A DNA stretch of 64,000 nt. Origin: an uncultured virus (IMG/VR IMGVR_UViG_3300006467_000276) (Duplodnaviria; Heunggongvirae; Uroviricota; Caudoviricetes). The stretch's first letter is position 1. Every line of letters starts with the position of its first letter. The notes beneath the pieces are model-generated. The model worked only from the letters and a program-made list of their open reading frames with translations. It did no database searches and was not told where the DNA came from. Position numbers and translations under genes: made by a program. Positions 39,003-48,108 of the stretch are shown one piece after another. Where the stretch lies: the IMG/VR virus record IMGVR_UViG_3300006467_000276; one strand, written 5' to 3'.

Positions 39003-39338
39003 TCAGAAATCGATCACACCAGGCAGAATTTTCACTTTTCGTTTTGCTAGATAGCCCTCTAGCTCTGCACGAACATCAGCGTACATTCTAGAACCACCGC
39101 TTGCGTCCTTGCCTCCATCTTTGTAATCGTAACCACAAGGCAGCACAAGCTCAAGAATGAACTGGCTTCTGTCGTCTACGTCAATGACACAAGAAGAATA
39201 CATTGCAACCTGATCCTTGACTTCGTTCTCAGGTTGCACAATCTTTGAGACACGAACTACACCATCAAAAATCTGATCGTCATCTACTGCATCCAGATTG
39301 ACGGTGTAGTCATCTAAATTTTCGCAAGAAACACGCAT
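39003..39338 (-). CDS. Hypothetical protein
   Basis: TGATG coupling with the upstream gene. Confidence 0.6.
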   Translation of the reverse strand: MRVSCENLDDYTVNLDAVDDDQIFDGVVRVSKIVQPENEVKDQVAMYSSCVIDVDDRSQFILELVLPCGYDYKDGGKDASGGSRMYADVRAELEGYLAKRKVKILPGVIDF

Positions 39339-39742
39339 CAGATACCGTCTCCGGTAGTTTCGGCAACATACACGCGATACACAACGCCGAGGCCTGCACT
39401 AGCGTCAGGCTGTGCGTTGCCTACTACATCCATCGGAATTTGACTGGCCTCTGGGATGGCCAGTCCATCTCTCGATGTGATGGTGATTAGATTCTTCGTT
39501 CCGATTCCCGGGTCAGCCAAGAAGTACACTTTTCTTGAAACCACTAGCTCTCTCTTCTGGAACTCCAAGATCTCTTTCGACGATAACTGCTGCTCCCAGC
39601 ACTCGACTCCTGTCTGCACCGCAGGAGTTGCGTCAACCGAACCACCTGTAGTCGAGTTCCCTTTAGATCGAGTTCTCTTCGAGATAGTGCAAAGGTGCGG
39701 AAAAGAATCCAAGAGACTCACAGCTATCCTCCAATCGCCCAT
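39338..39742 (-). CDS. Head-closure/head-tail joining protein (SPP1 gp16-like)
   Basis: PHLCTISKR...VECWEQQ...RKVYF pattern; follows the connector gene. Confidence 0.55.
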   Translation of the reverse strand: MGDWRIAVSLLDSFPHLCTISKRTRSKGNSTTGGSVDATPAVQTGVECWEQQLSSKEILEFQKRELVVSRKVYFLADPGIGTKNLITITSRDGLAIPEASQIPMDVVGNAQPDASAGLGVVYRVYVAETTGDGI

Positions 39743-40545
39743 CCATAATTGACAAACTCTGACAAACTCTGACGAGTTTCGGATAAGAGACTCTCACCCG
39801 TCCCGAAGATGGACGACATCAGATCACCGTTAGTCGTGTAGGCGTAATCCCCAAGGTCTTCTCCTGATAGAGGACCGACACCAAACCCGCCGCGAGCCTT
39901 CTTCATTCTCGAATAAACCTTGCCTACTTGGCGGATTGATTCTGTCAATACCGCATCAAGAATGGGTCGAGCGTTTACCGCTGAATCCTGCCCGTGCAAT
40001 TCAGCAGAAGTATACCCTGCCAGATAAGTGATCTTGACAGAACCAGGCTCAACAGGCCATCTTCCGTGAGACCGAAGAATTCCGTCACGGCAAACACCGT
40101 AACCCGAAGAATCCTGCTGATCATAATTAGGCCAGAAATCCACACCTTCTGTCTTCTGGGTGGACTCTGAAAACGAACCGACGTTGGTGCCTGATCGAGC
40201 CCCATAATCCAGGCGAAGATCGATTGCACCATCTCCTGATGAATCTCTTTGCCGAATCGGGACATGACGAACTTGAAGCTCATTGCCTGCGACTTGGTTA
40301 GCTCTTTCGAAATAAGCTGCACTCGCATTCACCTGCCAGACACCATCTGACCCAGACAGATTTAATTCTTGGAGAGGATAGAATTCAGTTCGAGTACGCT
40401 GCACAGGATCGTACCTAAGATGCTGAATCACCAGTCCTTCGACTCGAGAAATGACTTGAGCGAAGATTGCACGTTCTGTCTCCGTCGCAGATGCGGCTAA
40501 TCCTGCTTCTAGGAGAACTTCACTGATGTCGACAATCGATCCCAT
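39724..40545 (-). CDS. Head-tail connector/adaptor protein
   Basis: VKITYLAGY, EDLGDYAYT, ETRQSLSEF. Confidence 0.7.
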   Translation of the reverse strand: MGSIVDISEVLLEAGLAASATETERAIFAQVISRVEGLVIQHLRYDPVQRTRTEFYPLQELNLSGSDGVWQVNASAAYFERANQVAGNELQVRHVPIRQRDSSGDGAIDLRLDYGARSGTNVGSFSESTQKTEGVDFWPNYDQQDSSGYGVCRDGILRSHGRWPVEPGSVKITYLAGYTSAELHGQDSAVNARPILDAVLTESIRQVGKVYSRMKKARGGFGVGPLSGEDLGDYAYTTNGDLMSSIFGTGESLLSETRQSLSEFVNYGWAIGG

Positions 40546-40902
40546 TTAAGTAGACTCCAAACTGAACACATGTCTGTCGACGTTCTTCCACTCATCGCCA
40601 TCAGAACTGTCGTAGTAATCTACGAACAGAGTGTAAATCCCAGGTTCAATCGATGCCAGATCAGTTGCGTCCAGACGAAGTGTATTGGTCGAACCTGTAG
40701 TAATTGACGATCCGGCATCTGTGCTTGATTCAGATGTGACCACCAATTCAGCATTCGATAAATCAACTCCGAGCTGTCCTTCTCGACCAATGATAATCCG
40801 AACTTTATCAGAATCACCAGGAGTAACGGCAGAACCGTCAGATCCATTGATCTGGAATTCCCAGGTTTTTCCTCGATTTTGATACGCATGGATTAACGAC
40901 AT
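40546..40902 (-). CDS. Small beta-sandwich virion protein (BppU-like)
   Basis: LRLDATDLASIEPGIYTLFV pattern. Confidence 0.45.
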   Translation of the reverse strand: MSLIHAYQNRGKTWEFQINGSDGSAVTPGDSDKVRIIIGREGQLGVDLSNAELVVTSESSTDAGSSITTGSTNTLRLDATDLASIEPGIYTLFVDYYDSSDGDEWKNVDRHVFSLEST

Positions 40903-40908
40903 GATGGA

Positions 40909-42237
40909 TTACTCAGTTACTGGTATTGTGAATCCACTTGACGTGAATCCACTTGACGTGAATCCACTTGACGTGAATCCACTTGACGTGAATGAAGATG
41001 CAGATACCCCAACAGCATTGATTGTTTTTCCGGCTGGATGGGCCAATCTTGCTGATGATGAAGACGATTCAGAGAATGAATTTGATGAACTTTCGCTCGA
41101 TTGGCTGCTGCTCGAATAACTAGAAGAGGAGCTGCTGCTGCTCGACTGAGAGCTGGATGATGACTGACTGCTTGATTGACTCGAACTACTTGATTGACTC
41201 GAACTACTTGAAATTGAGCTAGATGAATGAGAACTTGAAGATGGACTGCTATTGCTCGAGCTCAATGAGCTTGACGAAGATTGGCTGCTCGATGATTCAG
41301 AGCTGCTGCTCGATTGGCTACTTGATGACTGGCTGCTCGAAGAAATCGAGCTGCTACTTGATTGGCTCGAGCCTGATTGACTGCTGCTTGATGACCGGCT
41401 GCTCGAAGAATTTGAACTAGATGATGACTGACTGCTCGATGATTCGGAGCTGCTGCTCGACTGACTGCTCGATGATTCGGAGCTGCTGCTCGACTGACTT
41501 GAACTGCTTTGACTAGATGATGACTGACTGCTGCTAGATGATTGACTGCTTGAGCTCGAAGAGCTCGAAGAGCTCAGTGAACTCGATGATTCAGAGCTGC
41601 TGCTTGATTGGCTCGAACTGCTGACTGACGACGAACTACTCGAACTCAGTGAACTCGACGAAGATCGGCTACTCGATGATTCGGAGCTGCTGCTTGATTG
41701 GCTCGAGCCTGATTGACTACTGCTTGATGATTGACTGCTTGAGCTCAATGAGCTTGACGAAGATTGGCTGCTCGATGATTCAGAGCTGCTGCTCGATTGG
41801 CTTGAGCTGCTCTGACTCGAACTGCTCGACTGAGAGCTGCTGCTTTGCGATGAACTCGAAGAAGAGCTGCTGCTTGATTGGCTGCTCGACGATTCTGAGC
41901 TGCTGCTTGATTGGCTGCTCGACGACTGACTACTCGAACTACTTTGAGACGAACTTGATACCGAGCTGCTGCTCGACTGACTACTCGATGATAAACTCGA
42001 ACTGCTGGAACTGCTCGATGCAGAGCTGCTTGACAGAGAACTTGAGCTACTCTGCGACGAACTAGAAACAGAGCTTGACGAAGATTGACTACTCGATGAC
42101 TGACTTGAGCTACTCGAAATCGAACTCGATGATGATCGACTACTCGATGATTCGGAGCTGCTGCTTGACAGAGAACTCGAAGAAGAGCTGGTTGCTGCTG
42201 AAAGTAGCTGCAACCCTCCTTGCAGAAAGACCAGCAT
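40909..42237 (-). CDS. Poly-serine protein (442 aa, ~380-residue Ser tract)
   Basis: Open frame of mixed TCN/AGY codons, RBS-like GAAAGG upstream, tight fit between neighbours, C-terminal (TSSGF)4. Confidence 0.85.
   Translation of the reverse strand: MLVFLQGGLQLLSAATSSSSSSLSSSSSESSSSRSSSSSISSSSSQSSSSQSSSSSVSSSSQSSSSSLSSSSASSSSSSSSLSSSSQSSSSSVSSSSQSSSSSQSSSSQSSSSSESSSSQSSSSSSSSSSQSSSSQSSSSSQSSSSQSSSSSESSSSQSSSSSLSSSSQSSSSSQSGSSQSSSSSESSSSRSSSSSLSSSSSSSVSSSSQSSSSSESSSSLSSSSSSSSSSQSSSSSQSSSSQSSSSQSSSSSESSSSQSSSSSESSSSQSSSSSNSSSSRSSSSSQSGSSQSSSSSISSSSQSSSSQSSSSSESSSSQSSSSSLSSSNSSPSSSSHSSSSISSSSSQSSSSSQSSSQSSSSSQSSSSSSSSSYSSSSQSSESSSNSFSESSSSSARLAHPAGKTINAVGVSASSFTSSGFTSSGFTSSGFTSSGFTIPVTE
40928..40993. 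repeat. 15-bp tandem repeat GTGAATCCACTTGAC x4 (encodes TSSGF)
   Basis: Directly visible. Confidence 0.95.
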
Positions 42238-42257
42238 GTCTAAGGCCTTTCTGCGGT

Positions 42258-43331
42258 TTAGGTGAGTTCTGTGATTCTACCAAACAGCACAAAAACATCA
42301 CCGTCACTTGGAATTGCGTCTAATGCTTCTTCAAGTGTAATTCGGGTGTTTCCACTTACCGTAGTTGAAGCCACAATCCGCTTGAATTGATACTGATTTG
42401 TCTCAGCATCGACGAAAGCGACCACCGACCCGCCGTCAGCGCTACCGTAGTAATCATCATTTTCAGTCGGTAGATCCGTATCAAACGCAGTCGCTGTATT
42501 CGCATCACCTGCTGCTGTTGCGACAGCAGCGACAGGAACAGACAGGCACTGCTGCTTCAAGGAAGCAGCGGCAGTGACCGATCCTCCGATTCTCGTCAGA
42601 TTCGATTGGGTCGGATGGATAAACACACCGTCCGACGCAGCAATCGTAAAATCAGGAGCCGAGTCGAGAGTCAGTGTCTTGGTGGCACCGTCATAGTCTT
42701 CTACTGTTCTGACACATCGATCAGTCTTCACTCCTGCATCCATCAACAGAACTGACAATCCGTTGTAGGCGTCATCCTTAGTCGAACCATCTGCTAGAAC
42801 AATCTGAGTCTGACTCGTAACAGAAAGAAGTGTAGTCCCAAGAACCAGCATTCCAGAATTCTCAAAGAACTGCTCGACGTTAGGAAACGTCGATCCGAAG
42901 AATGAATTCATCAAATTCGAAGCCGCGGAGCCGTTCCCATGGAGTTGGGCCATGTTGACATCAAGATAATCAAGGTTCCCAACCAAAGAATTCCAAACCT
43001 GCTCAGGTACAACTTGGTATTTGGCACTGATGAAAGGCAAAATACCGTCAGCGACACCGACTATCTGGAGCTCACCTTCGGTATTGTTTTGAGCGGCCGT
43101 GATCTCAATCTCGTACATCCCATTGCCAAGTTCTGTCCAGTCCTGAGATCCACCAGAGGTCAGAGTCAGATCCGTTTTTGAGCCTGCTCCAGTCAAAGGA
43201 GACTTAATGAGATCGACAGACATGCCGGGAGCATTGTAAGCAACTCCAGTCTCCAATGTTTTGAAATCTGTATCGTCAAATAGCGGTCCGACTGTTATGA
43301 CAACCGCTGTATCTACAGGAATCATCGGCAT
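42258..43331 (-). CDS. Putative virion structural protein (acidic, beta-rich)
   Basis: ELGNGMYEIEIT and two DD.Y.G...R.V/I modules. Confidence 0.6.
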   Translation of the reverse strand: MPMIPVDTAVVITVGPLFDDTDFKTLETGVAYNAPGMSVDLIKSPLTGAGSKTDLTLTSGGSQDWTELGNGMYEIEITAAQNNTEGELQIVGVADGILPFISAKYQVVPEQVWNSLVGNLDYLDVNMAQLHGNGSAASNLMNSFFGSTFPNVEQFFENSGMLVLGTTLLSVTSQTQIVLADGSTKDDAYNGLSVLLMDAGVKTDRCVRTVEDYDGATKTLTLDSAPDFTIAASDGVFIHPTQSNLTRIGGSVTAAASLKQQCLSVPVAAVATAAGDANTATAFDTDLPTENDDYYGSADGGSVVAFVDAETNQYQFKRIVASTTVSGNTRITLEEALDAIPSDGDVFVLFGRITELT

Positions 43332-43333
43332 GG

Positions 43334-44149
43334 CTAGCACGACCCTATTTGCGCATGAATGAAACTGTTGTAATTATTCCCTGGAGGCGCTTCAGGCGGA
43401 ATGCTGTGGAAGACCCGCCGTCTGTAGCCAATCGCCTGCCACGGGTCGGAATAGACAGCTCGGATTTCTGACTGCGACAGTGCCCGGTTCCAGTACCGGA
43501 CATCCGCCATCTGGCCGTTGAGGCTTAGGTCTGACGTCGATGATGTTCGCTGCCTGGCTCCTACTGCATCACTGTTTCCATCTGTGTCGATGTGCGAAAT
43601 GCTCCCAGCAACGCTTGGAGCACGAGCGAGCACACCATCAACGTATATTTTGACTTCGCCTGCGAATTCAAACGTGACTGCGACGTGATGCCATTTATCG
43701 AGCGTTGTAGCCGTGCCGTTGTCTGGTGTGATGAACGATCCACCCCCGTCACCAAGAATCACACGAACGTGCCCCGCAGACCGAAGATACACAAGGTGCC
43801 TGCGAACATTATTGTCCGACTGGCCAAACAGTGCATAGGTGCTACTGCCCGCCCTCCGTACCCATGCTGTAAACGTGTATCCCGTGCCACCTGCCGGCTC
43901 GACAATGTTTCCGACATTTACACTGTCGTTCGATCCGTCGAAATCCAGTGCCCTGCCCAGTTTTCCGGTCGTCCAGTCGGTCGCAGGGTCCATGCCGGTC
44001 AGCGTGCCATGATGACCCTTGCCAGACCAGTCGTAGCACATACCACCAGCGGCATCCTGCATTGGCAGCCACAGATGGCAACCGTCAAGCATCCAGTGGC
44101 CGCGATCGACGCGGCGGTAATCGGCGTTGGTGACTGTTCGATAAATCAC
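43334..44149 (-). CDS. LamG/concanavalin A-like domain protein
   Basis: ALDFDGSND, FTAWV, WHHVAVT, IYVDG, GQMADVRYWNRALS. Confidence 0.9.
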   Translation of the reverse strand: MIYRTVTNADYRRVDRGHWMLDGCHLWLPMQDAAGGMCYDWSGKGHHGTLTGMDPATDWTTGKLGRALDFDGSNDSVNVGNIVEPAGGTGYTFTAWVRRAGSSTYALFGQSDNNVRRHLVYLRSAGHVRVILGDGGGSFITPDNGTATTLDKWHHVAVTFEFAGEVKIYVDGVLARAPSVAGSISHIDTDGNSDAVGARQRTSSTSDLSLNGQMADVRYWNRALSQSEIRAVYSDPWQAIGYRRRVFHSIPPEAPPGNNYNSFIHAQIGSC

Positions 44150-44562
44150 GAGGGATCAGCCCATACCTGTTGTGAGTCCTGTGCGGACACGGTGATTGAG
44201 TTGCTGGCCGCCTGAGATACAGTGTCGACTTTGTATGCCTTTGCGACCATCAGTGGTAGCGTCACAATCGCCGGATCAGTTTCGTACGTGTCGAGTAGTA
44301 CCGGAGGGATGCTGTCACGGTCGTCGTATTCGTCAGCCGAATCTCCCTCAGCATCTGTGTCGCCGTTTGTGTACAGGATACGGACCTCGACGATGTCTCC
44401 ATCTGCTGGAGTTCCGCCGTTGTCAGCCTTGACGGTGACACTGCCTGCGGTCATGGCACCATCAATCGTTTCGGCGTCAGACGTGGCATTGCCGCCTGCC
44501 GAAACCGACTGGGAATTGCTCGCAGACCACGTAACCTGATTCTGTGATGTTGACAGTCCCAT
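44146..44562 (-). CDS. Putative virion protein
   Basis: Acidic, beta-rich; coupled to the LamG gene. Confidence 0.55.
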   Translation of the reverse strand: MGLSTSQNQVTWSASNSQSVSAGGNATSDAETIDGAMTAGSVTVKADNGGTPADGDIVEVRILYTNGDTDAEGDSADEYDDRDSIPPVLLDTYETDPAIVTLPLMVAKAYKVDTVSQAASNSITVSAQDSQQVWADPS

Positions 44563-45068
44563 TACTGTGCTGCCTCCTCGATCCACGACGTTGGCAGGCC
44601 GCCTGTTGATGGCAGGCCCTCGATAGTAGTCCAGTTGTTATCCGCAAGAATCGTTTCCCACGGAGACGGACCGAACACAGTTGCTGGATGATCCGGATCA
44701 TCGACGGTCGCCTGCAGGGCAGTGGCCAGTGCCGTCGCTGTACCCGAGCTGATGTAACCGCGAGCGACTGCCACTTGGATCTGCAGACTGACTCTCTGCA
44801 GGTTGCCATCTTCAACAGCATCCATGACTCTGCCGAGCAGCCCATCATCGATCGCCGCCAGTTCGTCGGCGGGCACCGGGTTGAATAGAGCTGCTGGATC
44901 GGCAGGAGCCTGAACTTGCGGTGCAGGATCAGGATTTGAGATCTCTGGTTTCGTCAGCAGTAAGGAAGTTTTCGAGCCCTTACCTGTCACGGGAAGGGTC
45001 ACATAGTCCGGCTTTGCCAGCTCTACGCTCAAGGCGGCGATCACCTCAGTCTTAGTAGCTGTTGCCAT
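44562..45068 (-). CDS. Hypothetical protein
   Basis: Start moved to MATATK after GGAG. Confidence 0.6.
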   Translation of the reverse strand: MATATKTEVIAALSVELAKPDYVTLPVTGKGSKTSLLLTKPEISNPDPAPQVQAPADPAALFNPVPADELAAIDDGLLGRVMDAVEDGNLQRVSLQIQVAVARGYISSGTATALATALQATVDDPDHPATVFGPSPWETILADNNWTTIEGLPSTGGLPTSWIEEAAQ

Positions 45069-45090
45069 CACTTCTTCTCCGTTGCATTCG

Positions 45091-45738
45091 TTATTCTTTA
45101 TTTTCAGGAATCGGTACAACCTTCACCCATCCGACATAACAGAGAGGTTCTGAATCGGCCTTGACTAAATCAGCTCGAGACCTGCACCGAACTCTCTTCA
45201 TCGTTCTCTGGTTTTCAATCGTATACGTGTCGTCATACGGGATTCCCTGATCAACGCTGATCCTCCACCTTTTTTGGACATCAATTCGTTCATCTGGGAC
45301 GATAGCTGACAACCACCCGTATCCTCGCATTCGTTCCGAGTCGAGCCCGAACAATTCGGCGAGGTAGGGATTGCACCAGATGCATTTCCCTGATAAATCA
45401 CACTCGTACACTCCGATTTTGAGATGTGATTCGACGACTCGTTGTCGGAGTTGCTGCTCTCCGTCAGACCGGGCGATGATCGCAAACAACCTCTGTATTT
45501 CTGGGCCTGCCTCTTCACCGAATACCCCAGCAAGACTATGAGCGGCACGAGCAGCCAGCACCGCACTCGCCAATCGAGTCCAGAATGCAGCGATACACCC
45601 GCCAATAGCGCCGAAAACAGCCAGAGACTTGAGGACCAAGTCCAACCAACCGTTTGTCGATTCCGGGGGACTCGGCATTGATCGAAATCCAAAGAGTGGG
45701 CTATTTTCATTTGATTCCGCCAGGTAGCCTTTACTCAA
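45091..45738 (-). CDS. Membrane-anchored stand-alone PAS-domain protein
   Basis: TM LVLKSLAVFGAIGGCIAAFW; PAS GVYECDLSGKCIWCNPYLAELFG...GWLSAIVPDER...YVG. Confidence 0.8.
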   Translation of the reverse strand: MSKGYLAESNENSPLFGFRSMPSPPESTNGWLDLVLKSLAVFGAIGGCIAAFWTRLASAVLAARAAHSLAGVFGEEAGPEIQRLFAIIARSDGEQQLRQRVVESHLKIGVYECDLSGKCIWCNPYLAELFGLDSERMRGYGWLSAIVPDERIDVQKRWRISVDQGIPYDDTYTIENQRTMKRVRCRSRADLVKADSEPLCYVGWVKVVPIPENKE

Positions 45739-45835
45739 TACAAGATGGTTTGCTGGCCGTCAAACCTTGCCATCAATGCACGGACATTTGATTCTAACGA
45801 CGGCTGCTGCGACACCAACAGCAGCCGCCCGCCAA

Positions 45836-46129
45836 TTAGCGGCGCCGACATTGCCAACAACTGCATCGCCGATATGTCGTAGGCAAGTCATAGATGGACG
45901 TTTGTGTCCATCCTCGTCCGTACGGTGTCCAGCCGTAAGACCAACGACTCTCGTAAGTCGGCTTCTGATATCGCCGCCAGACAGAACTCTGCGGGGATTG
46001 GTACGGCAGCTCCCATGAGTACAGCGGTCGACTCGAAGGAATCGGGTCAATCCGAATGTAGTCCTGCGAAAACACCTCAGCACAGCACATCAAAATCTGA
46101 ATCACCAAAATCAAACGAATAAGTTTCAC
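45836..46129 (-). CDS. Small secreted Tyr/Arg/Pro-rich protein
   Basis: Signal peptide-like N-terminus; ends RRCSCWQCRRR. Confidence 0.55.
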   Translation of the reverse strand: MKLIRLILVIQILMCCAEVFSQDYIRIDPIPSSRPLYSWELPYQSPQSSVWRRYQKPTYESRWSYGWTPYGRGWTQTSIYDLPTTYRRCSCWQCRRR

Positions 46130-47049
46130 GGCACGGTCTCCTGGTAGAAAGCTTTACGGAACTGGTCGGCGCTGATTGGTCCGACAGTGCGATCGATCAC
46201 ACGACTGCCTTCCAAGATTAGGGTCGTCGGCAGCCCGGTGATTCCATGTTTCTGCATCAAACCGAATGTGTCGTCATCAGCGTCGACAATTTGGATATGA
46301 AGGTTGTCTCCTTCACCAAATCGCCAGCCGTACTCCTGAAGGTCAGGAAGCGTATTTCGGTACATCCAGACACATCCAGGGCACCACGTTGCACCAAAGT
46401 AGATAGCTCGGCGAGTCGAAGGCAGTTCCGGCGGACCCTTTACCGCTGACAGCGTTCTCGTAACCTGAGAAACTCTCTTTGCTGACAGATCAAACATTCG
46501 TCCGTCTTTGTACAACCAACGACCTGTACCGTCCTTCTGGCCATTCGCCATCCGGTAGCCGGCATCAAGTGTCCAGACAGCCTCGCCGACTTGCCAAGCA
46601 AGTCGATCATAGGCGTCGACTGTAACCGGGTAGCTCACCGGCTCCGTCTCAGTTTTCTTTCGGAATGATTTAAGTGCTTCGTTTGGGTTAAAGTACCTGC
46701 CCGTTTTCTTTAAAGGGTCAAGTGACCATTCACTCCCCTTGGTCGCATTGCAGCCGCACTTGACTCCTGCCTTCAAGCAGAAGCAGACGCCTCGATTCGA
46801 GCCTCGGCACTGGCAGATAGAAGTTTTGCTACTTTCTTCCGAACTAGCCGCCTTAGATTTCTTCGATTCCGTTTCAGTACGCTTCGGTGATTTGCTCGAG
46901 TCAGTTTCTTCATCTTCGACCTTGATGTCGGGTTTTTCTGCCGCAGGCGACTTCAAATCAAAAGCAACTCCCTTACCACTCAGATTCAAAAGCTGAGCAG
47001 TACAAGGTTGCGTCAAGAGAAAAACGAACCCAAAGAGCAGACGAGTCAC
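46126..47049 (-). CDS. Secreted thioredoxin-domain protein
   Basis: Signal-like N-terminus, Cys cluster, FGATWCPGC active site, GLPT cis-Pro motif. Confidence 0.85.
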   Translation of the reverse strand: MTRLLFGFVFLLTQPCTAQLLNLSGKGVAFDLKSPAAEKPDIKVEDEETDSSKSPKRTETESKKSKAASSEESSKTSICQCRGSNRGVCFCLKAGVKCGCNATKGSEWSLDPLKKTGRYFNPNEALKSFRKKTETEPVSYPVTVDAYDRLAWQVGEAVWTLDAGYRMANGQKDGTGRWLYKDGRMFDLSAKRVSQVTRTLSAVKGPPELPSTRRAIYFGATWCPGCVWMYRNTLPDLQEYGWRFGEGDNLHIQIVDADDDTFGLMQKHGITGLPTTLILEGSRVIDRTVGPISADQFRKAFYQETVP

Positions 47050-48107
47050 TATGAATTCTCCAAATCTGAGATTCGACTCAAGAGATACTGATTGACCCCA
47101 AGCTGAGCAAGCAGCTTGGCTTCAACCTGATCGACTCTTTTTTCCAATTCATCAATTCGATCAGGCTTTGGAGGAGCTGGCGGTTCTGGTTTATCCATCG
47201 GTACTGGCTCACCGCCGTACCACGACTTCAGAATTCGAGTCGATGGATCACTATCTACCCACGGATCCGGCAGATTGTTGACAATCGACGAATTCATCAC
47301 ACCGCCGCGAGAATGATCCAGACCGCAATTGTGGCCTAGCTCGTGCGCAATCAGTGACGTCCACTGCCGAGCAATCGAATCAGCCGAACTGCCGCCTCTG
47401 TAGGTAGACAAATACCGACACCAGATGTTAGATGTGCACCCTTGCCCATTCCCGACAATCGCAAGACCAATCCAACCAGAAGACGAACTCACGAAACTGA
47501 ACTCGATGTTGACGGCTCCGCTCCATTCTTCGCCTGTCAACAGATCAGTTTTATTCTCATCAATGAAATGAAACAGCAATCCAATCCCTGCGTATCCCTT
47601 TTGCACTCTTTTGAGTACATCAGAGAATACCGGTTTGAGAAAAGACGGTGTTCCGCTGGTTTTTACCCGAACAACAGCCGAGTGGTAATCTCCTACTCCG
47701 TGGCAATGAGCCCAATTTCCGCTGCCGGTTGCTTGCCGGATTGAATCGTCCTGCATCATCCGAGCAACAGTGTTGATATCTGGATCAGAATAATCAACAG
47801 CAGCATTTGGCGGCGGCGGCACGTCTGGTACATAGCACCTAGGGACCTGCACCATTGCAGCCATTGCTGGTCCCACAGCACCATCAAACACCGGCTGCCT
47901 GCCGTAGATATGCTCGCAAGCAGACGAGTACACCACTGATTCAGACTGCGACAGAGACCGCAGAGCAGCTACTACAACCGGATCTGTCACTTTGACTTTC
48001 TTCAAATCAGAAAGTGACAGCACACCCCCTTCCTTGAGGGCTTCTTGGGACCAAAAATGACCGGTATCCCATGCTCTTTGGATTACTTTTTGCTCAACTG
48101 GTGTCAT
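47049..48107 (-). CDS. Matrixin (M10, MMP-like) zinc metalloprotease
   Basis: HELGHNCGLDH, Met-turn GVMNS, cysteine-switch-like PRCYVPD. Confidence 0.85.
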   Translation of the reverse strand: MTPVEQKVIQRAWDTGHFWSQEALKEGGVLSLSDLKKVKVTDPVVVAALRSLSQSESVVYSSACEHIYGRQPVFDGAVGPAMAAMVQVPRCYVPDVPPPPNAAVDYSDPDINTVARMMQDDSIRQATGSGNWAHCHGVGDYHSAVVRVKTSGTPSFLKPVFSDVLKRVQKGYAGIGLLFHFIDENKTDLLTGEEWSGAVNIEFSFVSSSSGWIGLAIVGNGQGCTSNIWCRYLSTYRGGSSADSIARQWTSLIAHELGHNCGLDHSRGGVMNSSIVNNLPDPWVDSDPSTRILKSWYGGEPVPMDKPEPPAPPKPDRIDELEKRVDQVEAKLLAQLGVNQYLLSRISDLENS

Positions 48108-48108
48108 C

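Noticed and set aside
40901..42323. Plus-strand ORFs over the poly-Ser gene (also at 27943 and 34284)
   Set aside because: Antisense shadows of low-complexity Ser codons; they oppose the operon direction.
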